Assembly: GCA_964016885.1 (NCBI GenBank)
Contig: OZ024749.1
Span: forward strand, 56,234,001-56,298,000
Length of the DNA stretch: 64,000 nt
From: Eledone cirrhosa
Taxonomy: Eukaryota
Direction: 5' to 3'
Of this stretch, positions 13,231 through 29,124 are shown in pieces. A program made the position numbers and the translations under genes. The notes beneath the pieces were generated by a model. It searched no databases, had not been told where the DNA came from, and saw only the letters and a list, made by a program, of their open reading frames with translations. Each line of letters opens with the position of its first letter. The first letter of the stretch is position 1.

Positions 13231-13297
13231 ACAAAATATAATGATACATGACATACCCTGAGATGTCAAAGGGTTAAGATTTAATCAAGGTATTTTA

Positions 13298-13355
<58 letters not shown>

Positions 13356-13359
<4 letters not shown>

Positions 13360-13452
13360 CGGGTAAAATTCCGGAGATCCATGGACGAGTTCTCTCCAGC
13401 GGTCTCTGTCCCTCATTATCGCTGCCATGTCCTGCGTCTCCAACAGACCAGT
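13356..13452 (-). pseudogene. RTE-clade LINE extreme 3' coding fragment in (TA)n
   Basis: VDALRTDTGLLETQDMAAIMRDRDRWRELV matches the RTE C-terminal D..DR..WR pattern and resembles the 31785 fragment. Confidence 0.7.
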
Positions 13453-13526
13453 GTCTGTCCTTAGGGCATCAACATATATATATATATATATACACATATA
13501 TTTATATATATATGTGTGTGTGTGTG

Positions 13527-13593
<67 letters not shown>

Positions 13594-13832
13594 CTTCCTC
13601 TAATAACTTGTTACACGATCATACAAGTTGTAATTTAATCTTTATTTCAATAGATCTGGGATCAAATAACTTTAGTGGACGATGTAACAGGAAGACCAGC
13701 CTGTTGGGGTTTAACCCAAAGTGTAAAGGGCTTACACTAATCAATGCATGACATTTAGGCAGACGTACATATATAATATATATATTGAATTAAACACACA
13801 CTGAAACATATATACATATATAAAATGAACAG

Positions 13833-13893
<61 letters not shown>

Positions 13894-14082
13894 GTGTGTG
13901 TGTAAAAATGTGTTTATACGTATGTATAAGTATATTTATATTTATGTGTATATCTGCATACATACATACATATACTTATATATATATATATACACACACA
14001 CACATATATATATATATATACATATATCACTATATATACGCATATATAAATATATTTATATATGCGTATATATAGTGATATA

Positions 14083-14114
<32 letters not shown>

Positions 14115-14236
14115 CATATATATATGTATATATATATATGTATATATATATATATAAGTGTGTATGAGTTTATATCTATCTTTCTCATTCCTTCAGTCTG
14201 ATTATAAATATATTTATATATGCGTATATATAGTGA

Positions 14237-14304
<68 letters not shown>

Positions 14305-14615
14305 CATATATCACTATATATACGCATATATATATTTATAATCAGACTGAAGGAATGAGAAAGATATATATAAACTAATACACACTTATATACATGCATA
14401 CAAGTTCATTATACACGAATAAATTTGTATGTATATTAAACAGTATTTTGTTATACACACTGGTACAAATTTGAAGAAAATATCTCAGTTTATATAATAT
14501 ATATATATATATTATATACATGCATCTGAAGGAAGAAATATATATAATATATATATATATAAATGAATATATATGGGTATATATATATATATATATATAT
14601 ATGAATATATATGGG

Positions 14616-14647
<32 letters not shown>

Positions 14648-14689
14648 TCTGAAGAAAGAAAAGAAAATATATGTATGGGTATATATTAT

Positions 14690-14801
14690 TCCTTCGAATA
14701 AAAGTTCTGCAGAAGCCATTTCTGTATTAAATATTTATACTCTGTTATGTATGTATTGAGTACCTTACTTACTGTGGTTACCTCCGATTCAACCCGGGAT
14801 A
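14690..14801 (+). mobile_element. Foldback-tail family A, short copy
   Basis: A small palindrome ttctgcagaa is followed by gccatttctgtattaaatatttatactctg...gtattgagtaccttacttactgtggttacctccg. Confidence 0.8.
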
Positions 14802-15005
14802 CACACATACATGCATATATATATATGTACATATATATATATATATATATACATATTATACACACAAACTCACACATATACAATTAATTATATATAGACA
14901 TTTGTAGCACATTATTGCATCATATACACTCCCCGAATTCTTTACTACCAAATCTCCCTACCCCCTCCTTGTGTTTAGTGATTGTGTAAAAATGTATCTT
15001 ACAAA

Positions 15006-15220
<215 letters not shown>

Positions 15221-15567
15221 CATGCATCTATATACGTTTATGTACGTGTTTTTTATGTATGTTTATATATATATATATATGCATACATGCATATATATAT
15301 ACATTTGTGTATATAATATATATCAATGTATCTATATACTGTATGTTTGTATGTTGTAGTAACACAGTTTCACCTTTAATGACTGCATCATTTTCCATCC
15401 TCAGATTCAGGTCTAGAAATATATAATCGCACAACATCCCATGTATTGACAAACTCCCACATATGTACAGACCCTGTAATACACTCTCCCGTATACACAC
15501 TGTCATATATAAACATACATAAACATACATACACATACATACATACATACATACATACATACATACA

Positions 15568-15603
<36 letters not shown>

Positions 15604-15706
15604 TATACATGTATATGTATACATGCATGTATATATATATAAATATATATACATGCATGTATATATATATAAATATATATATATACATGCATACATACAT
15701 ACACCC

Positions 15707-15737
<31 letters not shown>

Positions 15738-16378
15738 CATACATGTATATATATTTACACGAACATGTAAGCATACACACATGTATACATGCATACACAT
15801 CTCCATTCAATAAATACCTTAATATTTTCACACACAGACACACACAAACACACACAAACACACACAGACACACACACAGAGAGACAGACAGATACATACA
15901 TAGAAAGAGAGTGTAGGGGGAGAAACACGTGTGGGAATTGGTTAAGCATCCGAAGAAGGCCTAAATTCTTGTTATGGTAGTTTCATAGTGTTCCGATATA
16001 TGGTGTTAGGATGGTTGGCAGTGTGTTTACTGGCATTAAAACTTGGAATGAATCAGTCACATACATGGAATTCTTGCCAGCGTGGGAGAATATCAACAAA
16101 AAAATAACAACAAAAATACAGAGGAACTAAAAAAAAAAACACTCTTGTAGAAGACAAATACCTGAAAATATATTTTTAAAAAAAGAGCGGGAGGACATAT
16201 TTGGGACTTTAAAAAAAACTAAAACGTATCTTTAAAATTTTAACGCTTTTGTTAAATCATGTGAAGGATTTGTCTCTCGTTAAAATTGTTATATATAAGA
16301 GGGTATATAAATATATATGTGTGCGTGTGTGTGTAAATGTGTCTGTGTGCGCGTACACATGTATATATAGATATGTTT

Positions 16379-16409
<31 letters not shown>

Positions 16410-16518
16410 CGTGTATAGTTATGTATATGTTTATGAAAGATGTATACATATTATATTAATACGTATATATAGTTATATGTATATATATATATATATGTAT
16501 AGGGATGTGTGTACACCG

Positions 16519-16557
<39 letters not shown>

Positions 16558-16687
16558 GCAAAGAATAATTTGTACAAATCTATTTAGAAAATTAGGAATA
16601 TTTGAATCTATAAAAATACACACACACATATATGAGTCTATATATATATATATACAGAGATATATATATATATATATATATGTACAG

Positions 16688-16747
<60 letters not shown>

Positions 16748-16807
16748 TGATAGATTGATTGATGTGTTATATATATATATATCCAGAGAGTGTAACATTT
16801 CACTATA

Positions 16808-16847
<40 letters not shown>

Positions 16848-16919
16848 CTTATATACATAGCAGAGATACATGTTTTATACATTATATATATATAATATAT
16901 ATACATATGCATACTTACA

Positions 16920-16952
<33 letters not shown>

Positions 16953-17028
16953 AGACTTAGATAGAAAAAAGGGAAATGAATTAAGCCACGAAATTTTTAA
17001 ATTTTTAATGCACACCTGCATATATATG

Positions 17029-17138
<110 letters not shown>

Positions 17139-17179
17139 ATATAAATTTGTAAGAAGAATAAATATGTGCAGTGTGATGC

Positions 17180-17223
<44 letters not shown>

Positions 17224-17575
17224 TCCCGATACAAATATATTAACCCTGGAACTTACATTTATTTATATATGCATTTATATACTTCCATGTGTATGTGTGT
17301 GCACGCGGGTGGATCTGTATGTGCGTGTGTGTATCGTTGTATATAATTGTGTGTGCGTGTGCGTGTATGTATGCGTGTGTGTGTGTGTGTTTCATTATGT
17401 ATGTGTGTGTGTGAGTTGTAGGGATTATGAAATGTCCAAGTTTTTCCCAGAAATTACCTCGGAACACCTACTGTGATATAGCTCTACATTCTATCACAGT
17501 TTGCCTTCCTATCACCCTCCCTCTCTTTATCCACCTATCTATATAGGCTCTCTCAATATTGTATGGATATTTGTA

Positions 17576-18737
<1,162 letters not shown>

Positions 18738-19028
18738 ACGCTGTGATAGTGCTACTGTCAATCTCAACCCTGCCCTATATGCAAATGGACATCTCCAGGC
18801 GATTTTTTATACGCAACAAATCTATTAGCTCTAGCTTATATTAATCTCACTACTCAGTAAGTTTGTGTAATTTATGTGATGGCTCCACAGCTATTGAGAT
18901 CTTTGGGCTCTGGTCACAGCTTAAAACTCTCATTGGACGTATTCAATATGCTTATATACAATGAATACATATATGCTTTCATACACACCTATATTATGGT
19001 AATTTAGCATGAATTATTTCATTGATTG

Positions 19029-19210
19029 TTGGCAGTATCGGTAGAGGGTTGGACGCCATGCTGCTTTCTAGCATAGTTACTTCCCTTTACGGTCTCAGTT
19101 CAAATCCCGTCGAGGTTAACTTTGCCTTTCATGCTTACGAGGTCGATGAAATAAAGTACCAGTAATGTACTGGGTAATTGCTGGCTTGTGCCAAAAGTAG
19201 AAACAATTAT
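19029..19210 (+). mobile_element. SINE S1, short-3' subtype
   Basis: ttggcagtatcggtagag...gttcaaatccc...gttaactttgcctttcat...gtaccagtaatgtactgggtaattgctgg. Confidence 0.92.
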
Positions 19211-19277
19211 GATATTGGTGTAGCAGGTGTAATTTTGTTTTGGATTATTTCTATTGAATAATTTTCTATATTAATTG

Positions 19278-19458
19278 TTTCTAACTCTTGGCACCAGGCC
19301 AGCAAATTACCCAATGCATTACTGGTACTTTATATTATCGAGCCCGTAAGGATGAAATGCCAGGTTAACCTCGGCTGGATTTGAACTCAGACCATAAAGG
19401 GCCGTAACTCTTTGCTGCAAAGCATGGCGTCCGACCCTCTACCGATACTGCCAATCCA
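19278..19458 (-). mobile_element. SINE S1, inverted relative to the 19029 copy
   Basis: Reverse complement of the same consensus, ending ctctaccgatactgccaatcc. Confidence 0.92.
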
Positions 19459-20057
19459 AGGGATTAACAGGGAAAATCTTGTTTATTGATACTGAAGAAG
19501 TTTCCGCTATGGTCGACATTTAAGCAGAATGGGGATGTGAACCAAATCATATAAATGTGTCTTTTCCTGCCAAAACGTGGTGAGGTTTAGCTCTGTATTT
19601 GGTAGTATTTTCTATATAGTTTCTAATGTTTAGTGTAAAGGGTTCCATGTTGTCCAAACTTTCTTTATTGAATGACAGGTCAGAGATTCCTGAACGGATA
19701 TTAATCATCAGTTTTTGAATACGACGAGCGTACTGTTTAAATGTCAAATCATTGACCTTCAAAAAATGTCACCATTTTGATACATATTTGCTAAAACGCT
19801 GTTAGAATATACCCTCCCCCACCTGACTCAGTGAAATAACATTTAACTATTTACCAGAGCAATTATAGTCTGTCTATTTACCTCCCCTTAGATGTTAACA
19901 CCTTTCATAGCTCCAGAATGAAACGTTGTCTCTCTCTCTCTCTCTCTCTCTCTGTGACATAAACTGCTCATCCCAGCTGCCAGTTTCTTATATAATGAAC
20001 CATCGTACTCATTATTATTATTATTAGGTGTATTTTTATTATTATTATTATTATTCG

Positions 20058-20460
20058 GTGGATTGGCAGTATCGGTATAGGGTCAGACGCCATGCTTTGC
20101 AGCATAGAGTTACGCCCCTTTATGATCTGAGCTCAAATCCCGCCGAGGTTAACTTTGCCTTTCATCCTTACGGGGTCGATAAAATAAAGTACCAGTCACG
20201 CACTGGAGTAGATTTAATCGACTTTCCTCCCTCCCCCAAAAGTACTGGCCTTGTGCCTATATAAGAAACCATTATTATCATTCAGTATCGGTATAGGGTC
20301 GGACACCATGCTTTGACGCATAGAGTTACGGCCCTTGCCATTTTGAGTTCAAACCCCGTCGAGGTTAACTTTGCCTTTCATCCTTACGGGGTCGATGAAA
20401 TAAAGTACCAGTAATGTACTGGGTAATTGCTGGCCTTGTGCCAATAGTAGAAACAATTAT
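20058..20460 (+). mobile_element. Two head-to-tail SINE S1 copies (20058-20272 long subtype, 20283-20460 short subtype)
   Basis: Both copies have A/B boxes and the conserved central domain. Confidence 0.92.
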
Positions 20461-20975
20461 TACAACATGACCCTCCCCAAGTATATATATCCTCTCCGAC
20501 TGATCATCCTAAATGTTCGCCAAGGGGTGAGGGAGGTGAAGAGCCGATCATCAGTCAGTTCAAAACAAGTTAACTATGTTTTCATTGCTGATCTTATCAG
20601 TCGAGCGAGTGAAACTACTTGCAGAAAAAAGTAGAATTTGAACTGAGAACACAGAGAACCAAATCAGATGCGGCAAAACATCCTGTTCGATTTTATATAA
20701 ATCTTTGTATTTGTATGGACATATGTCTAAAAATTTTACTTTCTAGACGCATGCCTTAATATATATATATACACACATATGCATATTTCTGAAAATACAC
20801 TAATGTATATAGATAAATATGTCTAGATATATAGATTTGTATACGTATCTCTGAATAAATACACGTGTTAGTGTATATAAGTGGGTGAGTTCTTGTACAG
20901 TTCTCTATTGGTTTTCTGAATATATATTTAAACACTTGATCTGTGTTTGCAGATATAGACATACACATATATATT

Positions 20976-21105
<130 letters not shown>

Positions 21106-21281
21106 GCATATATATATATTCACTCAACGTATGTAAACATCGATAAATTATGTATATATTCAGGAATTATTCACGATATAATTCCGCCTCTGTCGTCAGC
21201 GTATATATGTATACCTGTCTGTGTATGTCGATACATATGTATGCGTATATATTTGTTTTTGTGTATGTGAGTATATTTGAA

Positions 21282-21312
<31 letters not shown>

Positions 21313-22847
21313 GTTCATGTGTGTGAAGTGACTATCCATTTCAAAATGTCCGCCAGGTTACTGGCATCAATATTTACATACTCTGCGATGAAATTATATG
21401 CTTCTGGGGTGCAGTGAAAATGCCAGATACATCAAGGAATATTCATAGAGATATGACATTTTCCAAACTATCTGCCAGAAACTCTAGACATTTTCGTCAA
21501 CTGCATCCGGAAAAAGGAGAAAAAATATACGTGAATGATTGAAAGACAGAAAGAGAACGTCAAATGTCCTAGAACAAAAAAAAAAAAAAGAAATGAAGAG
21601 AGAGACAATGAGATATTTGCTTTCGGGGAAGTTAGTAGTATATAAAAATGTAGTTTCAATATAAATGAGAGCCGATAGGAAAATAAACCCGGATGCCTAG
21701 AATTAATAGAGAGTATTTTCAACGATTTTTTCTACGGAAGTCTCTACCAATATTTCAGTTTTACGATGGATAAAACCGCAGATAATTCGTAGAGTAACAA
21801 AGAAAAAAAAACACAAAAATACTAACCAAAAAAAAAAAAAAACAGAAAGAAATATATATTTCCTTAAATGGATGAGAAACAGAATCGAAGCAGCTGTTTC
21901 GAAGATATATTCTATCAGATAACGTTGCTAATAGCTAGATTCTCAGTTATTTCCGCGAGATATTTCAGTATTGCCGAAGACCACACGAAAGTGCCATTTT
22001 GATTTTCGGTGTCAATATTTCGTAATCAGTGTATTCTCGGGCGTTTTCTTTAAAAAAAAAAACGTATTTTCTTAAACAAACTATCAGTCTTTAATCGCGA
22101 TTAAACTTAAAATTGATATTTTTTAATATTAAACTGTACTACAAAGTTATCTATTGAATTTTAGTCACCAACGTATGTATAGACAGTCGTAGAACTTGTC
22201 TTTATACACATCATCATCATCGTGAGATGAAAATGAGAGATCAGCCAGACTACTTTCTATCCTGAGCTGGGATTTGACTAAGGATTGAGTACAGACTTTA
22301 ACTGTTCATAGAGACATTGCTAATAACTCCACCATTACTGAGGGTTAAGTAAATTTGACAGATTTGCATACATAACGCATTCCTGGCAACTAGTTAGATT
22401 AATAAGTTACTGATCCCTTAATAATATTTTGTTTCAATGCTAGATTAAAAATATTCCTGCTAATCCCTGGTTTTGTTTCTGTCCACGATGATACTGTACA
22501 TAAATAAGACGTAGAAAGATAGAATTGATAATAGAAAACCAAAATAGTATATGGACATCTTCCACACGAAAAACAATAGTTAAGTTTGTGTTTGCAAAGA
22601 TAATTGCGAAGATAACTAGAAATATATACATGAAATGATTGATTGGTCGATAGATAAAAAATAACATTACATTTGCAATAACATATTTACAATAATGCGT
22701 TTCCGATACAAACCACTATATAGTTTTAGAGTGTATATGTTGGATATTGATAGGATATAAAGCAGAAAAGACAAAAAGTTAACATTAAAATATATCTAAA
22801 CAACCTATACTCGAAAACTAACCTATTATAATAGATAGACAATACAA

Positions 22848-23020
22848 TAATTGCTTCTACTTTGTGGCACAATGCCAGCAATTTAAAGAGAAGAAGAAAG
22901 TTGATTAAATCGACCCCAGTGCGTTACTGATACTTTATTTCATCGACCCTGTAAGGATGAAAGCAAAGCTATCCACAGCTAGATTTGAACGTAAAGAGCC
23001 GTAACATGCTGCAAAGCATG
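22848..23020 (-). mobile_element. SINE S1, diverged
   Basis: ggcacaatgccagcaat...catcgaccctgtaaggatgaaagcaaag. Confidence 0.85.
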
Positions 23021-23044
23021 TTTTCGATTTGTGCTATCGTAAAT

Positions 23045-23388
23045 TTATTTTATGGGGTGGTCACATCAGGAAGACCCTTGGTCACGTGATCTACAGTTGA
23101 ACTGGGGCTTACAGTACGTAATACATGAGCAACAACAACAACAACATCAATAGCAACAACATCAATAGCAAACTCAAAATTCTAGATTGCATGGCTTGTA
23201 AAATTTCGTGTAGAACGAGGAGCGATTGATATTTATTTATGGGGTGGTCACATCAGGAACACACTTGGTCACGTGATCTACAGTTGAACCGGGGCTTACA
23301 ATATCTACTACATTAACAACAAAAATAACAACAACTTCAAAATGCTAGATTGCATGGCTTGTAAACTTTCGTGTAAAACGAGGAGGGA
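23045..23388. repeat. Tandem duplication of about 188 bp
   Basis: tttatggggtggtcacatcaggaa...ggtcacgtgatctacagttgaa...ctagattgcatggcttgtaaa...aacgaggag occurs twice. Confidence 0.9.
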
Positions 23389-23714
23389 TATTTGTTTTAT
23401 GATGTCACAATTATATCTGGTGTTGTTGAGGTGAATAGACCTAGGGATAGTTGGTTAGTTAGTGGAGATGATTTACAGCAGAGTTAATAAACACGTCCTA
23501 AAGATTAGATAAAACGTAGATCATCACATGAGAACACATACACACAGAAACATACAAACACAATCATATACAAACACAGAAACACATACACACAAAAACA
23601 CATACACACAATGACAGAGGCAGACAAGTACAAATCATACGCCCTACTCGGAAGTTCAATAACAAAAGTGGAGGATCTTATTTATATCATTATACACGTA
23701 AATCACTATCTGTA

Positions 23715-23768
<54 letters not shown>

Positions 23769-23789
23769 CACACATATATATATATACAT

Positions 23790-23829
<40 letters not shown>

Positions 23830-23832
23830 ATG

Positions 23833-23863
<31 letters not shown>

Positions 23864-23866
23864 ATG

Positions 23867-23902
<36 letters not shown>

Positions 23903-23944
23903 TATATGTGTATGTATATATATATATATATATATGTGTGTATG

Positions 23945-23996
<52 letters not shown>

Positions 23997-24116
23997 TAAA
24001 CATATGTATATATACATATACAATATATATGTACATATATATGTATATATGTATATATCCATATACAAAATATATGTGTGTATTCATTTATACCTACCTC
24101 TACATTAATGCATTCA

Positions 24117-24156
<40 letters not shown>

Positions 24157-24360
24157 TGTGTGTGTGTATATATCGAGAACATATGTTAATAGTAGCTGTG
24201 GGTTATTTATTCTGAAGTGGTAAAAACATGGCACCTCATATTTTCCAACACAGCCCTGTAGTCAAGAAACAAAGATATTGTATTTTATATAATACATACT
24301 CCATGCAGATATATACACACATAAATACATACATACATACATATACATACATACATACAT

Positions 24361-24407
<47 letters not shown>

Positions 24408-24770
24408 TACGTATATATATTTAAGTATATATATATATATATACATATAATGATGTACGTATATGTATATATTTATATGTATATATATGTATGTATATGT
24501 ATGTATATGCATATATATATATATATATGTATACATATATTGAATCAATCTTATGTAGGGGTGGGTGGTATTGATTAGTGTTTGTGATCAATAATCTGCT
24601 TGGCTTTTAGATCTAGATGAATGGAAAAGCGGTGACTATTTCCTTATAATTAAAAGAGATTTTCGCAGAAAGCCAAAAGAATTCTTGGTAAAACGGTCAA
24701 AGCTAACATCGCAAGTATCGTTTCCTTAATGAACAAGTCTTTTATAAGCGAGGAGGTACTGCTATCATCA

Positions 24771-24771
24771 T

Positions 24772-24838
<67 letters not shown>

Positions 24839-25375
24839 TGAAGTAGTAGTAGTAGTTGTAGCAGTAGTTATTGTAGTAGTAGTAGTATTGTCGTTGGTGT
24901 TAGTTCTGTTAATGATGGTGGAGACAGCGATGGTATTGGTGGTGATAGTGGTGGTGGTGGTGAAGGCAGCGATGGTATTGGTGGTGGTGGTGATAATGGT
25001 GGTGGTAGTGGTGGTGGTGGTGGTGGAGGATGGTATTGGTGGTGGTGGTGATAATGGTGGTGGTAGTGGTGGTGGTGGTGGTGGTGGAGGATGGTATTGG
25101 TGGTGATGGTGGCAGCGATGGTATTGGTAGTTGTGGCAGCGATGGTATTGGTAGTGGTGGTGGTGGCAGCGGTGGTGGTGGTGGTGGTGGTGGTGGTGGT
25201 AGTAGTGATAGTGGTGATGGTGGTGGTAGTGGTGGTGGCGGTGGAGGCAGCGATGGTATGGGGGGTAGTGGTGGTGGTAGTGATGTAGTGGTGGTGGTGG
25301 TGGTGATGGTGGTGGTGCTGGTGGTGATGGTGGTGGTGCTGGTGGTGGTGGTGGTTGGTGGTGGTGGTGGTGGTG
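24771..25375. repeat. (TAG)n followed by (GGT/GAT)n low-complexity tract
   Basis: Direct reading of the sequence. Confidence 0.95.
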
Positions 25376-26289
25376 TTTGTTGTTGTTTGTATTGTTGCTG
25401 TTTCTCTACCGAAGAGAAAAGCTAAGATAAGGACATGTGCCGCCGGCATTACTCTTTGACATAGTCGGCCTCCTTGGTCAACGTTGATTGGTCATTAGTT
25501 GGCAGGGAGAGAGGGAGAGAGGGAATGGAAGAGCATGAGAGAGGGGTAGAGGGAGAGAGGGAGAGAGTTGGGGAGGAGGCGAGAGAGGGACGGAGGGGGA
25601 GAGAAAGGGAGACATACACAGAGACAGAGAGACACAGAGAGAGACAGACACAAAGAGAGAGAGAGACAAAGAGAGAGTAAGTAAGAAATACAGAAAAAGA
25701 CAGAAAGACAGACACAGAGACAACGAGAGAGATAGAGAGAGAGACAGGGAGAGAAAGAAAGAGAGACAGAGAGAGAGACAGACAAACACAAAGGGAGAGA
25801 GAAAGACAGAGAGAGAGAGAGTAAGTGAGAGATACAGAAAAAGACAGAAAGACAGAAAGACAAAGACAACCGGAGAGGAAGGAAGAGAGAGAGGAGGGGA
25901 GAGATAGAGGCGAAGAGGGGGGAGTCTCTTTGCGTCTCAAAGAAAATATACCTATACATTAACAAGTCGCAAAACTGTAAAAGGTGTACATGTGTGTGTA
26001 GGTGGTGTGTATATGGTGTGTATGTGGTGTGTATATGTGTGAGTGTTAACGTGTGTATGTATGTGTGCGTGTATGTGGTGTGTGTATGTGTGTGTATGTG
26101 TGTGTATGTGTGTGTGTGTGTAGTGTGTGTGTAGTGTTGGAATGTGTGAGGGGTTGGATTCTAAACCGAATGCACCTTGTAATCATTGCAAAGTATACGT
26201 TTAAGTAAAAGAGAGTCCAGCGGTGATTACTGACTGGTTGAGGCCTGAAAATAGGGAATGTTAGGTGGGTGGGGGAATGGTTGGGGGGT

Positions 26290-26510
26290 GCTGGGTTGAC
26301 TGGCTGGCTGGTTGGATGGTTGGTTGGATGGTTGGGTGGGTGTTTGGTGGAGGAATGGTTGGGGTACTGGGTTGACTGGCTGGCTGGCTAGTTGTCTGCG
26401 TGGCTGGTTGGTTGGGTGGGTGTTTGGGTGTAGGAATGGTTGAGGTGCTGGGTTGGTTGACTGGTTGGTTGGCTGGGCGGATGGTTGGTTGGTTGGGAGC
26501 TTGGGGTACT

Positions 26511-26567
<57 letters not shown>

Positions 26568-26760
26568 AACTGCTCGGTTAGTTAATTGTGTGGATGGTTG
26601 ACTGGCTGGCTGGTTATTTATTTGGTTGATTAGTAAGATAGTTGGCTGGTTGGTTGGGTGGTTGGTTGGTTAACTAGTTGGCTGGATGGTTGACTGGCTG
26701 GCTGGCTGATTGGATGGAAAGCTGGGTGGATGGTTAGCTGGGCGGGTGGTTGGCTGGTCG
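26290..26760. repeat. (GGCT)n/(GGTT)n tetranucleotide tract
   Basis: Direct reading of the sequence. Confidence 0.9.
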
Positions 26761-27028
26761 ATCAAGTATATTGCGATACCACATAAAGATCTTAAGAATA
26801 ACATTAATGGAGTAGGAAGCAGAAAGATTGAGTTTTCAGTAAATAACACCAGAAGCAATACACTGGCTTGCTGCACTCCCTTCTACTCTCTCTACCTCTC
26901 ACAGACACCCACCTACACACACGTATATATATATAATTGCATCATATATATGTGTTTATGTACATATATATAATATATATATGCATGTGTATATTTATAC
27001 AAAGATATAATGTATATATGTATATGCG

Positions 27029-27139
<111 letters not shown>

Positions 27140-27424
27140 ATATATAATATATATCTATATTACTATATACATGTGTGTGTGTGTGTGTGCATATATAATA
27201 TATATCTATATTACTATATACATGTGTGTGTGTGTACATGCACATAATTTCATGATACATTGCTAATATAAGCAAGCAATGGACGGAAGAGATATACACC
27301 ATGACAGTATAATACCAACAGCGACATATCACATATATTACTTGATGTATATACTTGCTGTATATACAGGGTTGGTAGATTACAAAATGGTGCAGCAACA
27401 CACACATATACATACATATATATA

Positions 27425-28010
27425 TATATATGTACACGCGCACACACACAAATACAAATACAAATATATATATATATATATGTACACGCGCAAACACACA
27501 CAAATACAAACATATATATATATATATATGTACACGCGCACACACACACAAATACATATATATATATATATACGCGTACACACACACAAATACAAACACA
27601 CACACATATATATATATATATACACGCGTACACACACACAAATACAAACACACACATATATATGTATATATATATGTACACGCGCACACACACAAATACA
27701 AATACAAATATATATATATATATGTACACGCGCACACACACACAAATACATATATATATATATATATATACGCGTACACACACACAAATACAAACACACA
27801 CACATATATATATATATACACGCGTACACACACACAAATACAAACACACACATATATATGTATATATATATGTACACGCGCACACACACAAATACAAATA
27901 CAAATATATATATATATATATGTACACGCGCAAACACACACAAATACAAACATATATATATATATGTATATATATGTACACGCGCACACACACACAAATA
28001 CAAACAGATA
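27425..28010. repeat. Compound minisatellite of about 48 bp (tgtacacgcgcacacacacaaatacaaa-(TA)n)
   Basis: About 12 units, each anchored by acgcg. Confidence 0.9.
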
Positions 28011-28261
28011 TATATATATATATCATGTATATATATATACACATTCATCCACGCATATATATTTTATATATGTATACACGTACACACATACATACACATA
28101 TATACATACGCTGAGAAATACTTACATACGTACGTATTTGGAATCCCAAACGCAGAAAATAACTGCCACAGCAATCAACAGTTTTAAACAAGAACTTAGA
28201 ATAATACCTCTAGAGACGGAAAAAAGTAGAACGCAGACGCTACGGTGAATTGATCTCTGGA

Positions 28262-28578
28262 CAGATTTGTAGCTCAGAGATCAGAGAGTCACTCCAGGTA
28301 GAGCTGCTACTTCTCCAAATTGAGAGGTCACAGCTCCGATACTATGGACACGTGGTTAGAATGTCTCAGGAAAGAATCACTGGACAGATTTTACAGGCCA
28401 AACCAACCGGCAACAGACCCAGGAGTAGCCCCCGAGAATGATGGCTGGATGACATTCATGTGCTTGGCTGGTCACGCTTGGAACAGTTGGAAATGGTTGC
28501 TTGTAACAGGACCCGCTGGGGGTGGGGAGAGTCTGCTCCTCACGACCCTGTCAGGAATAAGTGGAAGAAGAAGAAGAT
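28262..28578 (+). pseudogene. RTE-clade LINE 3' end, decayed, with (GAA)n tail
   Basis: SEIRESLQVELLLLQIERSQLRYYGHVVRMSQERITGQILQAKPTGNRPR matches the RTE motif QLRW.GHV.RM...G.RPRGRP. Confidence 0.85.
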
Positions 28579-28691
28579 CAGAAAACCATAGGCAGAATTA
28601 TCTTTCATTAGAAAATAAAAAACGGTAATGAAAGGTTTGAGACAAATTTCGAATCCATTTTCGATCAACGTTGACTACATCATAGTAGTAA

Positions 28692-28797
28692 TAATTGTTT
28701 CTACGTTAGGCACAAGGCCAGCAATTTCCCCAGTGTATTACTGGTACTTTATTCTATCGACCCCGGAAGGATGAAAGGCAAAGTTAACCTCGGCGGT
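28692..28797 (-). mobile_element. SINE S1, 5'-truncated
   Basis: Central domain and tail only. Confidence 0.88.
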
Positions 28798-28892
28798 AGT
28801 AATATTACAGTAGTAATAATGTCAAGACTAAGAACCATACTCGATATTGGTCACTTATCGCTAACGTGTTCCGTCTCGCCAACTGAGGTCAG

Positions 28893-29124
28893 CAACATCA
28901 TCAGCAGCAGCATAATCATCATCAACATCATCAACATCATCAACAACACCAACAACACTATCAACATCATCAACACCAACAACATCAACAACACCACCAA
29001 TATCACCAACAACACCGACATCACCAACAACACCAACACCAACACCACCAACATCAACAACACCAACACCACCAACAACACCAACAACATCAGCAACACC
29101 AACAACAACAACAACATCAACAAC
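28893..29124. repeat. (AAC/ACC/ATC)n tract
   Basis: Direct reading of the sequence. Confidence 0.95.

Noticed and set aside
19029-19110. tRNA genes at SINE heads
   Set aside because: A and B boxes are present but there is no complete cloverleaf, and they are followed by SINE body sequence.
19547-19762. 71-aa non-repetitive minus-strand ORF
   Set aside because: It has a TTG start, no recognisable motif, and a length within random expectation.
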